From contig MU056925.1 of the NCBI GenBank assembly GCA_013239625.1, positions 2,612,804-2,676,803 on the forward strand: 64,000 nt of DNA, in the 5' to 3' direction. How positions within the stretch are numbered: position 1 is the stretch's first letter; every line of letters begins with the position of its first letter. The DNA is from Lama guanicoe. Taxonomy: Eukaryota. The notes beneath the pieces are model-generated. The model saw only the letters and a program-made list of their open reading frames with translations. It was not told the origin of the DNA and ran no database searches. This document shows, one piece after another, positions 37,821-50,963 of the stretch. The translations under genes were made by a program, and so were the position numbers.

Positions 37821-38908
37821 TTATCCGTACAGTTTCTCCCTGCTGTGGATCCTGTGGTGTCGGATGAGGTTGGCCTTCTGCGAGAAGGTTTTGCCGCAGT
37901 CGGAGCACTCGTAGGGCTTCTTGCCCAGGTGGGTCCGCCGGTGGATGATGAGGCAGGAGTTCTGCGAGAAGGCCTTCCCGCACTCGCTGCACGCGTAGGG
38001 CTTCTCTCCGGTGTGCGTCCTCCGATGCAGGATGAGGTGGGACTTCTGGAAGAAGGCCTTCCCGCACTCGCTGCAGCCGTAGGGCTTCTCTCCCGTGTGG
38101 ATCCTGTGGTGGATGATGAGGCAGGACTTCCGCGAGAAGGCCTTCCCGCACTCCTTGCAGCCGTAGGGCTTCTCTCCCGTGTGAGATCGGTGATGTTCGA
38201 TGAGCCGCGACTTGTGGGAGAAGATTTTCTCACATTCTGAGCACTTGTAGGGCTTCTCTCCAGCCAGAACTGCCTCGGGTAGGGAGAGGCTTGTCCTCTG
38301 GGGGAGCTTCTTACCGCCTTTGCTGGCGCCCCCGGGTTTCTCTTCTGTGTGGCCTCCCCGCCCTCTGTTGAGGGAGACCCTCCCCTCCCTGAGGCTGTTC
38401 CCTTGTTCGTTGCATCCATCGGGTTTCTCATCTCTGTGGACTCTCTGATGGGCGATGAGTTCTGATTTGTGGGAAAAGCCTCTCCCACATTTGGTACATT
38501 TGTGGGGTTTGCTGTTGGTTCCCTGATTGGCATCAAGGGCTTGGTCCCTGCTTAAAGCTTTTCTGCACTGGTTACATTCACGGGGCTGCCCTTCAGAATG
38601 TGGGGTTTCCAGCTTAGAATAGAGAAATAAGTTCCCCTGGCCATCATACTCAAATCTCCTTCTTGCAAGGTACGCGTTAGGAGCAATGTCCACGTTTCGC
38701 GGTAAGGTCGAGCCACACGACTCACACTTAGGGACCCGCTGATTTGAAGGAAGGACATTTGTGTCTGGACAGGTGTTTTCCTCAACCGTATTGCCTTCAC
38801 TGTGCTCTCTGGGGGTCAGTTTTTTCTTGTCTGGGAGTGCAGCTTGCTTCAAGAGTTTGCCTTGGTGTTCCTGCTGTCTGTCACGTTGGGCATCAACTTG
38901 CAGAACTT
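37821..38908 (-). CDS. KRAB zinc-finger gene, last coding exon (spacer, degenerate fingers, 6 intact C2H2 fingers); probable orthologue of human ZNF890P/ZNF815P
   Basis: Minus-strand acceptor ttttcctcctag| at 38909; open frame to TAA 37821-37823; one isolated intact finger plus five tandem fingers with GEKPY linkers. Confidence 0.9.
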
Positions 38909-39522
38909 CTAGGAGGAAAACAATAAATAACGACAGCAACTGGTGAATCTTTCTAGGGTCACATCACAGAAATAAACTATTTCAGAAATGTCTGGAAAGA
39001 GGCTTAACTTTGTGGTCTCACACCTGATTGCCTAGTTTAATAATCCTAACCCTGATCCTACTACACGCACTTGTTTGGCTTCGGAAAAGAAAAAAAATGA
39101 GATACTAGAAATGGAAAAAACCCCAGGACACTGGCAGTGAGTACAGGAAGCTCTGCTGTTGGCACGTCTGGCACCGTGAGTTGGGAAGAAAGTGAAAATG
39201 CACGCGAGGAAAAGTGAGTAAGAGAAGAGCGGAAGGGAGCGTGGACTCGGGGCGTTGCGGTGCCGACGGACCGGTGCGCCAAGAGGAAACGAAAACTTCG
39301 TCAATGGCATTTACCGATTGCCATGCTGAAAGCATCCCCTCCCAAACCCCGTGGCCAGTTTCAAGCTCCCAAGATGATGGCACTGAGTGCAGAGCTGGGG
39401 GTTCTGCTACAGTTGCTGTCATGGGCCGGCTCTAGCATCCCTGGGTAAGGGGGAGACACAGTAAGGTCCCATCAGGAGATACGGAGTTTTAGGAACTATG
39501 AACAAAGCCTAAGGAACAACTA

Positions 39523-39681
39523 GGCGGGGAGGGTATAGCTCAGTAACAGAAAGCGTGCCTGGCATGCACGAGGTCCTGGGTTTGATCCCAGGTACCTCCA
39601 GCTATATAAAAACTGAACAAACAAACCTAACCCCCCCCCAAAACACCAAAAACAACAAAGAAACAAACAAACAAACAAAAA
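39523..39681 (+). mobile_element. tRNA-derived SINE (vic-1 type)
   Basis: ggggagggtatagctcag...gcatgcacgaggtcctgggtttgatccc with (CAAA)n tail. Confidence 0.88.
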
Positions 39682-41186
39682 GACTAGAATTTCTGGGGGA
39701 ATCTAGGAAGAAGGGTGTTTAGGAAATACGAGCAAAGGACTCAGGTGGAAGGAAGTGTGAGCTCCCCTCGCTTGATTCCTAGGTTGCAAACAGGCTCTTC
39801 ACTCCTGTCCCTCCCACCCTGATGTCCCCTCCATCCTGTTGACCAAGTTAATGTTCTCAAAGCATTAAGTCTTTTACTGTTAAAGGAATTCTCCTAGAGC
39901 CAGTGGTCCATTCTGCAGGGATTCATTCTCACATGGGCCTACACCATCTTCATGATGTCCAGGATACAGACACAAAGAGAAGGACCCTACGGTCCAGACC
40001 AGAATGCAAGCCTGCCTTGCCCCGGGAAGATTTCCCCTTGTGTTCTGATTGCTCAGATGGCCAAATCCCACGTGTCCCCTTCACACACGCCCCACAGACT
40101 TGGCTGCACAGCTGGCACTGAACGCATCCTAACCCTCCCTGGGCAGGTGGGTTTCCGCATCTCTGTGGAATCTACTTGCAGAAACTCAAATGTCCGATTC
40201 TTCATCCTATGCTTAGATCTGTATTTGCTTTTATCTTCATTTACATTTTAAACCACAAATGTCCCACCATTTCACCTCTGGCCCCCATACCCAGTGCACT
40301 CATGGAACTCCTTTGTCGAGAAATGTTTATGTTCCCAGAGCTCAACGGCTGAATTCCTAAGAGACAAAATCAGTGCCTACTGATCTTCCTAAGCAGGATT
40401 TTCTGGGTTGGGACCCAGCCAGGGAGCATTTTTCAAGTTCCTCCAGTGATTCTCTTGTACACCCCTGATTAATAACAACTGCCCCAAACAAATGCTTGGT
40501 AAAGGATCCTTGTCCTAAAAGGTGGAGGGAGTTAATCAGTGTCCACCATGTGTGTCCCACAGAAATAAGGCCGAATAAAACAAAGGCTCTGCTCCCCGAT
40601 GGGACTACACTGAGACGGAGAAAAGCTTCAGGTATAACCTATCAGACAGAAGGGGGATATATGACATGGTTTTGCAAGAAGAGGAACTTAAAGTCATATA
40701 AAAAGTAACAAATAAGTTTTTGATGCATTTCACAGTGAAAGAAGAGAAAGGACAAAGGACAACTAAAATTAAAATGAGTGGCACAAAATAACAGGTGTTT
40801 TAAAAGAGGGCAAATTTACCAATCCCTGAACGCATGAGCAATCCTGTTTCATAACCATGGGGGCAAGCGTGAGCCTAAAGATTCCAGAGAAAGACTGAGA
40901 AAGCAAGGTCTTAGAAGGGGCTGGCAGAGTAGAATGAATGGATAAAATTTAAAAGAGTATGTGTTTATCTAAAATCTAGGGAAAGGTGAGAAATCATGTA
41001 GTGGTGATGTGTGCAGGTAGCAGGAATCACTTGGGCATCTCAAGGTCTTGAACCAAATGCCTACAGCTGCTTGCAAAGATTCAAGGTTTTTAAGAACAGT
41101 TGCCCCAAACAAAACAAAACATCAAAGGTTCTGTCTCTTAGAACCTCCTGTCCCCTGCCCCCCCCCCGAGGCTGGTCCTCTCTCAC

Positions 41187-41282
41187 CTGGAGAGCTCCAT
41201 CGGAGCATCTCTTCCTCCTTCATCCATGGTTCCTGCCCCCGCTCCAGCCTGGAGATCACAGCTGGTTTGGTTACTTGACACC
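41187..41282 (-). CDS. KRAB-B exon of the minus-strand KRAB-ZNF (GCQVTKPAVISRLERGQEPWMKEEEMLRWSSP)
   Basis: 96-nt exon, aaacag| ... |gtgaga on minus; KP-x-VI-xx-LE-x-G-x-EPW motif; phase 1/1. Confidence 0.9.
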
Positions 41283-41562
41283 CTGTTTATGAGAAATAGT
41301 TACAGGATTTACGATGGGCCACCTTGGCCGTCCATGGAGGCAGAAGGCTCAGGCCACACAGCGAACAGTTACATCTCAGCCAAAAAGTAGCTGTCTCACT
41401 TGGGAGGAAGCTTCACAAACAAATAATCCAGGTGAGATGAGAACAGGGCCTGTCAATGACTGAAGCCCAAGGCCACACACTTTCATGACTTGAGGGGTTT
41501 TACGTAACTGAGGACAGAAAGGCCCTCGGACACAACCAGGGGACATGACAAGTCTTCCTCAC

Positions 41563-41689
41563 CCACGGACACCAGGTGGCTGTAGTTCTCCAGCATCACT
41601 TCCCGGTACAGGGTCTTCTGTGAGTCATTCAGCTGCTGCCATTCCTTACGGGTGAAGCCCACAGCCACGTCTTTGAATGAAAATGACCC
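41563..41689 (-). CDS. KRAB-A exon of the minus-strand KRAB-ZNF ([42 protein letters not shown])
   Basis: 127-nt exon, ttccag| ... |gtgagg on minus; KRAB-A consensus. Confidence 0.92.
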
Positions 41690-41899
41690 CTGGAATGGCA
41701 CATTCCTGATTAATCTGGAATGCTCAACAGAGAGTGTGATGGCAAAGGTATAGAGGAGATGGATCTTACCACCTCTGAAGGTCAGGTTTCCCCATGTTAA
41801 ATTATATAGGAAACTTAGCATGCCCCTAACTCTGTACTACATTTTCTGGGAGAGAAAAAAAAAAGATCATTAGAAAATATCTCACTTCTGGATCTCTAG

Positions 41900-42620
41900 T
41901 CATCCACCCATCCATCCACTCATTGAGTAAGCAAGCAACTATGGACGACCAGGTGTGTTACTGGCGTTCTGTGTGGTGCTTGGGGTTGAAAGCTGAGTGC
42001 CACCACTGCTCCTATTCGAAGGCATTTGTAGTCTGGTGGAGTGAGATGGACATCAAAGGCTGCTGTATAGTAACATGACACTCAAGGTTATGATGGAAGT
42101 ACATTTAAGTACAGTGCAGACACAGAAGAAAACAGCAGTCAAATTCACTGTCCCGATGTCAAGGTAAGCTTCACTGGAGGTTGCATGTGAGCAGAATCAT
42201 GAAAAATAAAGTGTGTTCTGATGTTGGAAGGATATTCTTATCAAGAGGCACGGCATGAGCAAAGGCAAGGAGTCATAGGAAAACCTGGGAGGAATTGCAA
42301 ATGGTTGGGAATGGCGGTATAGAGTATGGGAGATAGAGAGAGATGGAGAGGGAGGGGGAGAGAGAAGTCAGATCACAGGACAAATGAAGGGTTTCTTCCC
42401 TACAGGCAACATGGACGCCATCACAGTATTTAAGGAAGGGAATTACAAGACAATCTGATGTAGAAGATCACTGAATGACTGAGGTGGAAATCACTGGGAG
42501 GGAGAGAATAAATAAAATTTGGGTACAATTATAGTCATTGATATGAGATACGGCCAAAATTAATGTGGTAACAAGAGGAAAGCAGAGAAAGGATTCCACG
42601 TATATAGAACAGGGCTTGGC
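41900..42620 (-). mobile_element. L2 LINE 3' fragment
   Basis: catccatccactcatt terminus and purine-rich L2-like body. Confidence 0.55.
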
Positions 42621-42699
42621 TCCCCTTCCCCCTCCTTCTCTATGAATGAATTAAGGAACAAAATTACAATTTTAATTTGTATAGAGTACCGTATTATGT

Positions 42700-45685
42700 A
42701 TATAATGTTAGTGTGTAAATCATTTTAAACACTGGTTTAGAAGTTAAAAGGCAAAAGTTTAAGAATAATTGTAATCACAGATGTGTTCATGGGAACAATA
42801 TAAAAGGAAGTAAAATCTGTCATAAATAACAAAGTGGGCGGGAGTAAACTGTGGAGTTTCTGTATGTGATTGAAGTTGTTATCAAGTTAAAAATAGACTC
42901 TTATACCTATTAAATATTCAACGCAAGCCTCATAGTAACTACAAAAATCTGTAATAGATACACAAAAATAAAGAGAAAAGAATCGAAGTATATCACTACC
43001 AAAAAAATCCTCAAACCACAACAAAGGCAACAAGAGAGGAAGAGATGAACAAGAGAACGATAAAACAGGAAGCAATTAACAAAATGGCAATACTAAGTCC
43101 TTACCTATCAATAATTGCTTTAAATATAAATTAACTAAACTCCCCAAATTAAAACACATACTATAGCCAAATGGAGTTAAAAAAAAAAAGGACTCACCTA
43201 TTTGCTGTCCACAGGAGACTCACTTTAGATTTAAGAACACACATTGGGTGAAAGTGAAGGGATGGAGAAAGATAGTCCATGCAAAGGGTAATCAAAAGAG
43301 AACTGGTCTGGCTCTACTTATTTCAGACAAAATAGACTAAGTAAAAACTGTCACAAGAGATCAAGAAAGTCATTACATAATTCCAAAAGGGTCCATTCAA
43401 CAGGAAGATATAACAATTATATATGCACCCACCATTCAAAGCACCTAAATATATAAAGCAAACATTGACAAATCAGAATAGTGAAGTAGACAGCAATACA
43501 ATAATAATAGCAGACGTAAATACTCCATTCTCAATAATGGATAGCTCATCCACACAGAAAACCAATAAGGAAAGAGCAAAACTGAACAACACTACAGACC
43601 AAATAGCCCTAAAAGATATATACAGAACATTCCACCTAACAGCAACATAATACTGATTCTTCTCAAGAGCACACAGAACATTCTCCAGGATGGATCACGT
43701 GTTAGGTCACAAAAATCTTAACAAATTTAAGAAGACTGGAATTATTCACAAAGCTAGAAATCAGTAATAAAAATGGGAAAAAATTTAAATACATAGAAAT
43801 TAAACAACCACACATTTAAATACCACTGTGTCAAAAAAGAAATCAAAAAGCAAATTAGAAAATATCTCAAGACAAATGAAAATGAAAACACACAAACCAA
43901 AACTTACAAGATGCAGCAAAAGTGGTACTAAGAAGCAAGGTTAGGCAGTAAACACCTACATTAAAAAAATAAGATAGTAAATAAACAACCTAAATGTGCA
44001 CCTTTAGAAAAAGAAGAAACTAAGCCTAAATTAGGAAGTTTTTTGGAAAAGATAAAATTGATAAACCCTTAGCTAGACTAAGGGGGGAAAAAGACTGGAA
44101 TATATAAAATCAGAAATGAAAGAGCAGATATTACAACTCATGCCACAGAAATAAAAAGGATCATAAAGACTATTATATACACCAACAAATTGAACAATTT
44201 AGAATAAATGGATACATTTAAAAATACCAACTTACCAGTGTGAATCAAGAAGAAATAGAAAGCCTTAACAGATCAGTAACAAATAAAGAGAATGAAGAAG
44301 TAACCAAAAAACTGTCAACAAAGAAAATGACTGAATTCTCCNNNNNNNNNNNNNNNNNNNNNNNNNNNNNNNNNNNNNNNNNNNNNNNNNNNNNNNNNNN
44401 NNNNNNNNNNNNNNNNNNNNNNNNNNNNNNNNNNNNNNNNNNNNNNNNNNNNNNNNNNNNNNNNNNNNNNNNNNNNNNNNNNNNNNNNNNNNNNNNNNNN
44501 NNNNNNNNNNNNNNNNNNNNNNNNNNNNNNNNNNNNNNNNNNNNNNNNNNNNNNNNNNNNNNNNNNNNNNNNNNNNNNNNNNNNNNNNNNNNNNNNNNNN
44601 NNNNNNNNNNNNNNNNNNNNNNNNNNNNNNNNNNNNNNNNNNNNNNNNNNNNNNNNNNNNNNNNNNNNNNNNNNNNNNNNNNNNNNNNNNNNNNNNNNNN
44701 NNNNNNNNNNNNNNNNNNNNNNNNNNNNNNNNNNNNNNNNNNNNNNNNNNNNNNNNNNNNNNNNNNNNNNNNNNNNNNNNNNNNNNNNNNNNNNNNNNNN
44801 NNNNNNNNNNNNNNNNNNNNNNNNNNNNNNNNNNNNNNNNNNNNNNNNNNNNNCAAGGATGCCCATTCTTGCCTCTCCTATTCAACATAAAGAGTCCAGC
44901 CAGTGCAATTAGGCAAGAAAAAGAAATAAAAGGCATCCACATCAGAAAGGAGGAAATAATGTATCTCTTTTTGCAGATGATATTACTTTATTGAGTGCAG
45001 GATCTCAGAGATATCTNNNNNNNNNNNNNNNNNNNNNNNNNNNNNNNNNNNNNNNNNNNNNNNNNNNNNNNNNNNNNNNNNNNNNNNNNNNNNNNNNNNN
45101 NNNNNNNNNNNNNNNNNNNNNNNNNNNNNNNNNNNNNNNNNNNNNNNNNNNNNNCCCACCATTTGTGACACCATAAATGGACCTGGAGGACATTATGCTA
45201 AATGAAATAAGCCAGAAATAGGATAACTACTGCATGGCCTCACTTTTATGAGGAATCTAAAACAGTCAAATTCATAGAACGAAAGAGTAGCATGGTGGTC
45301 ACCAGGGGCTGGGAGGGGGAGGAAATGAGGAGGTATTGGCCCAAGGATTGAAAGTTTCTTATGGAAGATGAATAAATCCTGGAGATCTGCGCAGCACAAT
45401 GCATTGTACTTAAAACTGCACAGATAGTCCTAGCTTTATTAAGTACAGACACTCCCATCAAAACTTGCAGAGAATACAGATCTTGTGTTAAACGCTCCTA
45501 CCACAAAAGAAAAATGTTGTAATTTCTGTTAATTTTTGGAGGCAATGGATACATTTATGGCCTTGACTGTGGCGATGGTTTCACGTGTGTACACTTATCT
45601 GTGTTGTGTATATTATACTCAAGTTGTGTATATTAAATATGTAGATTTGTATGTCAGTCGCACCTCAGAGTGGTTTAAAAAATAA
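42700..45685 (+). mobile_element. Fragmented L1 (ORF2 endonuclease/RT remnants and 3' UTR) with two assembly gaps (44342-44853, 45017-45154)
   Basis: Peptides APKYIKQ, DIYRTFH and NQEEIESLNR; L1MA/MB-type 3' UTR. Confidence 0.88.
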
Positions 45686-45689
45686 TTTC

Positions 45690-46062
45690 TAGTAGTCACT
45701 TTAAACAGTACATAAATTTTAGTATCTCTTCTTTAACCTAATATATCCAAAATACCATTTCAGCATGTAATTTAAAATCCTTGATCTGTTTTCCCTCGTT
45801 TTATCATACCACATCTTCAAAACGTGGTGTGTATTTTCATTTAAAGCACATCTCCATTCAGACAGTGTTTTCAGTTCCACTTGGGTGAAAGGTAGTCCTA
45901 CCAAAACAAAGTTGTGTTTCCTGAAAAAATGTTTTACTCTGATTCAGTTTTAAAATTTAAATGTAAATTAAAAACTCAGATCCACAGTCACACTAACCAC
46001 ACTTTGGGTGCTCCGTATCTACCTGTGGTTGATGGCCGCCATAATGGACAATGCAGGTCTAA
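45690..46062. mobile_element. MER33/MER3-like hAT-Charlie DNA transposon
   Basis: tttaacctaatatatccaaaata ... cagtcacactaaccacac ... ataatggacaatgcag. Confidence 0.6.
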
Positions 46063-46139
46063 ACTGCGTAACCACGGCTGGATTCCTTTGCTGGGGATAT
46101 CCTATTCGCAGATAAAACTACAGTTCAGTCATTAAAGGC

Positions 46140-46335
46140 CCAGTTCTATCTGTCTCTCTGCATTCAGATCCCAACTCCACACCTAATGGATGTTAATATG
46201 TCTAAGCCTCAGTTTGTTCATCTGTAGAACAGGGGAAGGGATTAATGATAATATCTATCTCACAGGTTTGTTTGTGAAAGAATATATGAAAAACACAGAG
46301 ACCAGCACGTAAGTGCTCAGCAGATAGTTTTATAA
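46140..46335 (+). mobile_element. MIR SINE
   Basis: ctaagcctcagtttgttcatctgtagaa core. Confidence 0.65.
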
Positions 46336-47951
46336 ATTTTATTGTCGTTCTCTTTATTGCACACAGCCCTAACAGTGAGTTGTCCTCAGTGAGACTTGGT
46401 TTCCTACAAAACAACAGCTTCCCCAAAAGACACCAGTGAAACCCCCAACGTCATATATACATCTGACAGCCCCAAGTCGCAGTCAGCTCCTCTCCGCTGA
46501 GCAGGCTGTGGAGTCACCACCTTGTTTCAAACTCTCACGCTGGTCCTGTCCCCAGATGTTACTGCTATCCAATATCCACATAGTCCTAGCTTTATTAAGC
46601 ACAGACACTCCCATCAAGACAGATCCCTCAACTAGACATCCAAGACCCTGTGAATGCTCGTCTTCCTGGGAAGGGGGGGCAGCTGACATGTTTATCTGCC
46701 AGGTTTCCTCTTCCTCTGGGACTAACATCCTCCCTCCCCACCAACCGAAGCACATGGCTGAGAGCTCCCCATGCAGACACAGCCTCTCAGCCCTTGAACT
46801 AAGCTGGGCCAATCCCGATCTTTCCCAGAGATCTTTTGAACTGGCCCTACGGGAGGAGACTTAATCCCATTCTACGGCAAAATTCATAAATGTGAGATTT
46901 CTGGCCACAAGGCAGGAAATCACAGAGGTATGAGAAAAGGAGTCACAGGAACAGGGACAAGGGAACAAGAGATTCCTGTCAGTAACTGAGCTCCTGGACA
47001 TGACTCCCCCAGTCCCAGCGGCACGCCTGCTCTTCCCGGAGTGTGGGGCACTGCCTAGATTCTGTCTCTGTCCTAAACTATCCCTAGCTGGTTTTCAGGC
47101 TCCTATAGCTTCCAGGATTCTGACCAGTGCATTTCATGTTCATGCATCCCTGAAGCCCTGGAGAGGGAGGCCCTTTAGCAATAGATGCATTTGAGAATGA
47201 CAGAAAACAACAATGCCATGATGTCTGAAGAAAGGTAAAATGACCAGTGAGAAAGGATGCAAGGGAGGTTGAGGGCAAATGGGTGAGGTCTAAGTTGTGG
47301 AGAGAGGACGGAGGAGAGTTTGAACCATCTGCCCTCCCACCCCTGCCCAAAATCGAAGCTTTGAGCTGTCCAGGCTCCGTCTGTGTCAAAACTTATGAAC
47401 AACAGTTTGAAGAACATGCCGCTCATTTGTTCCCCTAGGTACTGCAGTGTTTTGTCTAGGTCAGTGTGAACCGTAACAAGGCTGTTTCTGTAGATCTGAG
47501 TATTTTCATTCCCCAAACAACTGTAACCACAGATTTCTGCAGTGGCATAATACCCACTGTTTATGTTGGGGAAAAAAAAAAAACAACCCAGGAGATTTGC
47601 TGTTGCATTTACTTGAACGTTGTTTTAACTGAGGAAACTGCCTGCTACATCTCACATGAGGACCCATCACATAAATGTCTAAATACCCAAAAAAGCCTCA
47701 TTCCCCCTGAGAAGGTGATATGCTTGTCCCAGACAACACAAGTCATGTTGGATGGAATCTGTCTTTTTAAGGTGCCGGACATGTCAGACAGAAACGTGTA
47801 GGGCTGCTGACCACTCCAGCAGCCTCTGTGGGCCTGCGCCCGGCCCTTCCCCTGGCCCCGATCTGCATTTTGTTGTACTGGATGAATTCTTACAAGCACC
47901 CTGAAATGCATGGTAGACCAAAGGCGCAGTTTAAAGAAATGCCACACTCAC

Positions 47952-47960
47952 CTGGCACAT
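47952..47960 (-). CDS. Start-codon segment (ATG TGC CAG, MCQ) of the minus-strand KRAB-ZNF, in a 43-nt exon at 47952-47994
   Basis: Minus strand: cctccacag|GTGTCTGCTTTTCCCAGAACAGCAGGGAAGGACCATGTGCCAG|gtgagt. Typical pre-KRAB exon with a phase-0 donor and accATG Kozak. Total CDS 9+127+96+1088 = 1320 nt (439 aa). Confidence 0.7.
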
Positions 47961-50499
47961 GGTCCTTCCCTGCTGTTCTGGGAAAAGCAGACACCTGTGG
48001 AGGCAGAAATTGGGGTGGGGGAGGAGAGGACATGAGAGGCCAAGCTTGCCTCCGGCCTCAGATTCAACTGCTGCAGCTGCCACCCCAGGCACAGGGCGGT
48101 GGGGTGGGGGCTCCTCCCAAGAACCCCGTTTATCAGAGCAAAGCCCTCACCCTGGAATGTGATGGGGACCCCACCGTGAGGCTTGACCTTGAATTATTTT
48201 TCTACTTAATGAATACGCATTTCTGCGTCTCAGGGTTCCACGTGCAATGTATTACCCTCTCTCGCCATTACCCAGAAATTTAATTAAAAGAAATTTATTC
48301 TGAAGAAACAGTCATGAGTTCGGGCAAAGATTTAGCTGCCCAGATATTTATTACAATTTGGTAAAAGCTCTGAAAAAATAGAAATAACTATCCAACTATA
48401 GACGACTAGTTAAAAGAATGTACCAAAGGGAAATATCATGTAGCTAATAAAAATAAAACCATAGAAGACTATTTATCGATAGTATACTGGCAATTGAAAA
48501 AGGTGGTTGAAAACTGTTTGATTCAACACACACACACACTCACTCACACTCACACAGAATCATCTCTGAAATGATGTAAGACAAAAATGCAAGTAGTAGT
48601 GAGCTTTGCATAGTTGGATAATGACTATTTTCACATTTTTTAATTTGTACTTAAATTTTTTAACCTTTTCTATGACCAACGGGCATTTCATATATGATTT
48701 CTGTAAAATTATTATTTAAAAAACATCTGTAGGCTACTCATCTTCTAACCCAAAGCTTCTATCACCAGTCCCGCCCCTGGCATTGAAGAAATTCACAGGA
48801 AACTATAAAAATGGGTCCTACACGGCAGAGTCCATTCAGTGGCACTGAGCTAAAGCAGCTGGAGGTTTACGAGCCTGGACACTCAGTTCTGCGCGTGGAT
48901 CCTGCTGAGTTTTGTTTGGTTCGCCTCCTCTCGTCGTTGCAACTGGTCACCAGTTAACTTATTATTAAGAACTGTCCTGGCTTAACTCTGCTGATCTCTG
49001 CCCAGGAAGCGCTCCCGGTCTGGCTCTGCCACTTACCAAATATGGGACAAGATCTGATGACTTCTCCTGAGCCCTCCTCCTCCTTTCCTCATTTTCCCAG
49101 GGAACAGGAACACGAAGGTTCAGGAGCAAATTTACTGTGGCTGGAAGCATCAACTGGACCCCACACCTATCCTCTCCTGAATAGACATGAGGTCGGTCCT
49201 AGGTATGTTCCTACTCAGGATAGAGACACTGGAGTTTGATCCAAGAATTCTGCGGAGACACTAAAACTCTAGAATTACAGACACTCCATCAAGAATTCTG
49301 AGGGTGTTTTTTTTTTAATTGGAGACTACCTAAGTGCTTAAAAATAAGAGATTGGTTAATAAATTATGATACAATTAAAGCATGCCAAGCTATGAGTCAA
49401 CTTAAAATATTATAGAATAGATATTTGATATGGAATGACCTTCCAACAATACCAGCAGATGAAAAATAGCAGGGGACATGGCGTATGATTCACAGATGGA
49501 GAACAGGAGAATGAATGGGATTTTCCCACATGCCTTAAATTTTTTGCTGAATCCTGAAACACCCCAAATTCCAAGGAGGAGCTGCCAGACACACCCTAAC
49601 AGAGTCCTCCCTTTGCGAGAGGGAAATTATCAAAGGAGAGCTGGCTGTTGAAGGAGCGTACTGTGGGGCTTGTCTCCCAGCCTAGCTGAAGGTTGCTCCC
49701 CTCCAAAGGCAAGAGGTGGGGGACTTGAATGTTCATGGACCTGAAGGGAGCCTGAAAAAAGGGAGGACACCCCAAGGCTGGGTATGTATCCAGCTGCAGA
49801 AACTTGCCAGAGGTGCCCAGAGGGAAGCTCCTTGGAATATTTAGGGGGTACAGGCCCTGGAGGCAGGAGCCCCCCATGGCGGCCAGGGGAGGAGGGGGGC
49901 AGGAGTGGCAGCCGCCGGCACTGCCTGCATTTGATGGGACAGGGATGCAAGGGTTCTCGGGGAAGCCAAGTGGATGGCGGGCTGCTGAGTGGGCCTGAAC
50001 CACAGGGCAGGGACGCTGACCAAGCAGGCTGCTTGCAGGGTGAGGAGAGCTGGCTGTGAGGGGCAGGACCACTGAGCCCAGAACTGCAGGTGGGCATGGA
50101 GGTCTGCTCGAGAACCACTGCTGGTGGCACAGGCTGAGCCCTGCACGGGGGCCATCATGCGGCCTCCTGCACAGTGGAGGGTAGCCAGCGCTGGGCAGGC
50201 CACACCAAGCAGGGGGAAATCGGAGCTATTTTTCCTCTGTTTTCCCCACCCCACACCCTGACCCTGGAAGAGGAAAACCAATGAGAAGGAAGAAGTGAGG
50301 GGCAGAGACAGAACAGATCCTTCCCAGCAGGAGGTCCCAGACCTTGGGCTCCGCAGGGAGGAGGGAGAAGCTGGAACCAGGACATGAGAGTGAGATGTTC
50401 ACAGACAGCCGGCAAGTGAGGGGAGACTGTTCTGTACTGTCACCTGAAGTGACTGAACAGCTCTGGGCTTCCCTGAGGCATCCTGCAGGGGGAGCACTC

Positions 50500-50963
50500 C
50501 AAGTTGAACTGTGTTCCCCCAAAAGATATGTTGGAATTTTAGCCCCCAGTACCTTGGAACGTGACCTTACTCAGAAACAGGATCTCTGCAGATGCCCAAG
50601 TTCAAATAAGGTCACTGGTGTGGGCCTAACCCAGTCTGACTGTGTGTGTCCTTATAAAGAGGGGAAATTTGGACACAGAGACACACAGACAGAAGACCAT
50701 GTGTAGAGGAAGGCAGAGATCAGGTGATGCAGCAGAAACCAAGGAATGCCAAGGATGGCCGGCAAACCTCCAGAAGTTTGGGGAGGGGCCTGGAACAGGT
50801 CCTCCCTCACAGCCTCAGAGGGAACCAAATTTGCCGGCACCCTGACCTCAGACTTCGGGCCTCCAGGCTGTGTGAGATTTCATTTCTGTTGGGTAAACCA
50901 CTCAGTGTGTGGTGCCTTCTGTGGTAAACCACTCAGTTTGATGGTGGCCCCGGGGAGCTAACA
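50500..50963 (+). mobile_element. MaLR solo LTR (MLT1B/C-like)
   Basis: gttgaactgtgttcccccaaaagatatgttg...ccaaggaatgccaagga...ccctcacagcctcagagggaacc. Confidence 0.85.

Noticed and set aside
37604-38536. 310-aa alternative-frame ORF over the zinc-finger exon
   Set aside because: Typical shifted-frame translation of C2H2 repeats (ERSPT motifs); a by-product of codon bias.
44240-45193. Long ORFs in several frames
   Set aside because: Artefacts of translating through N-gaps inside an L1.
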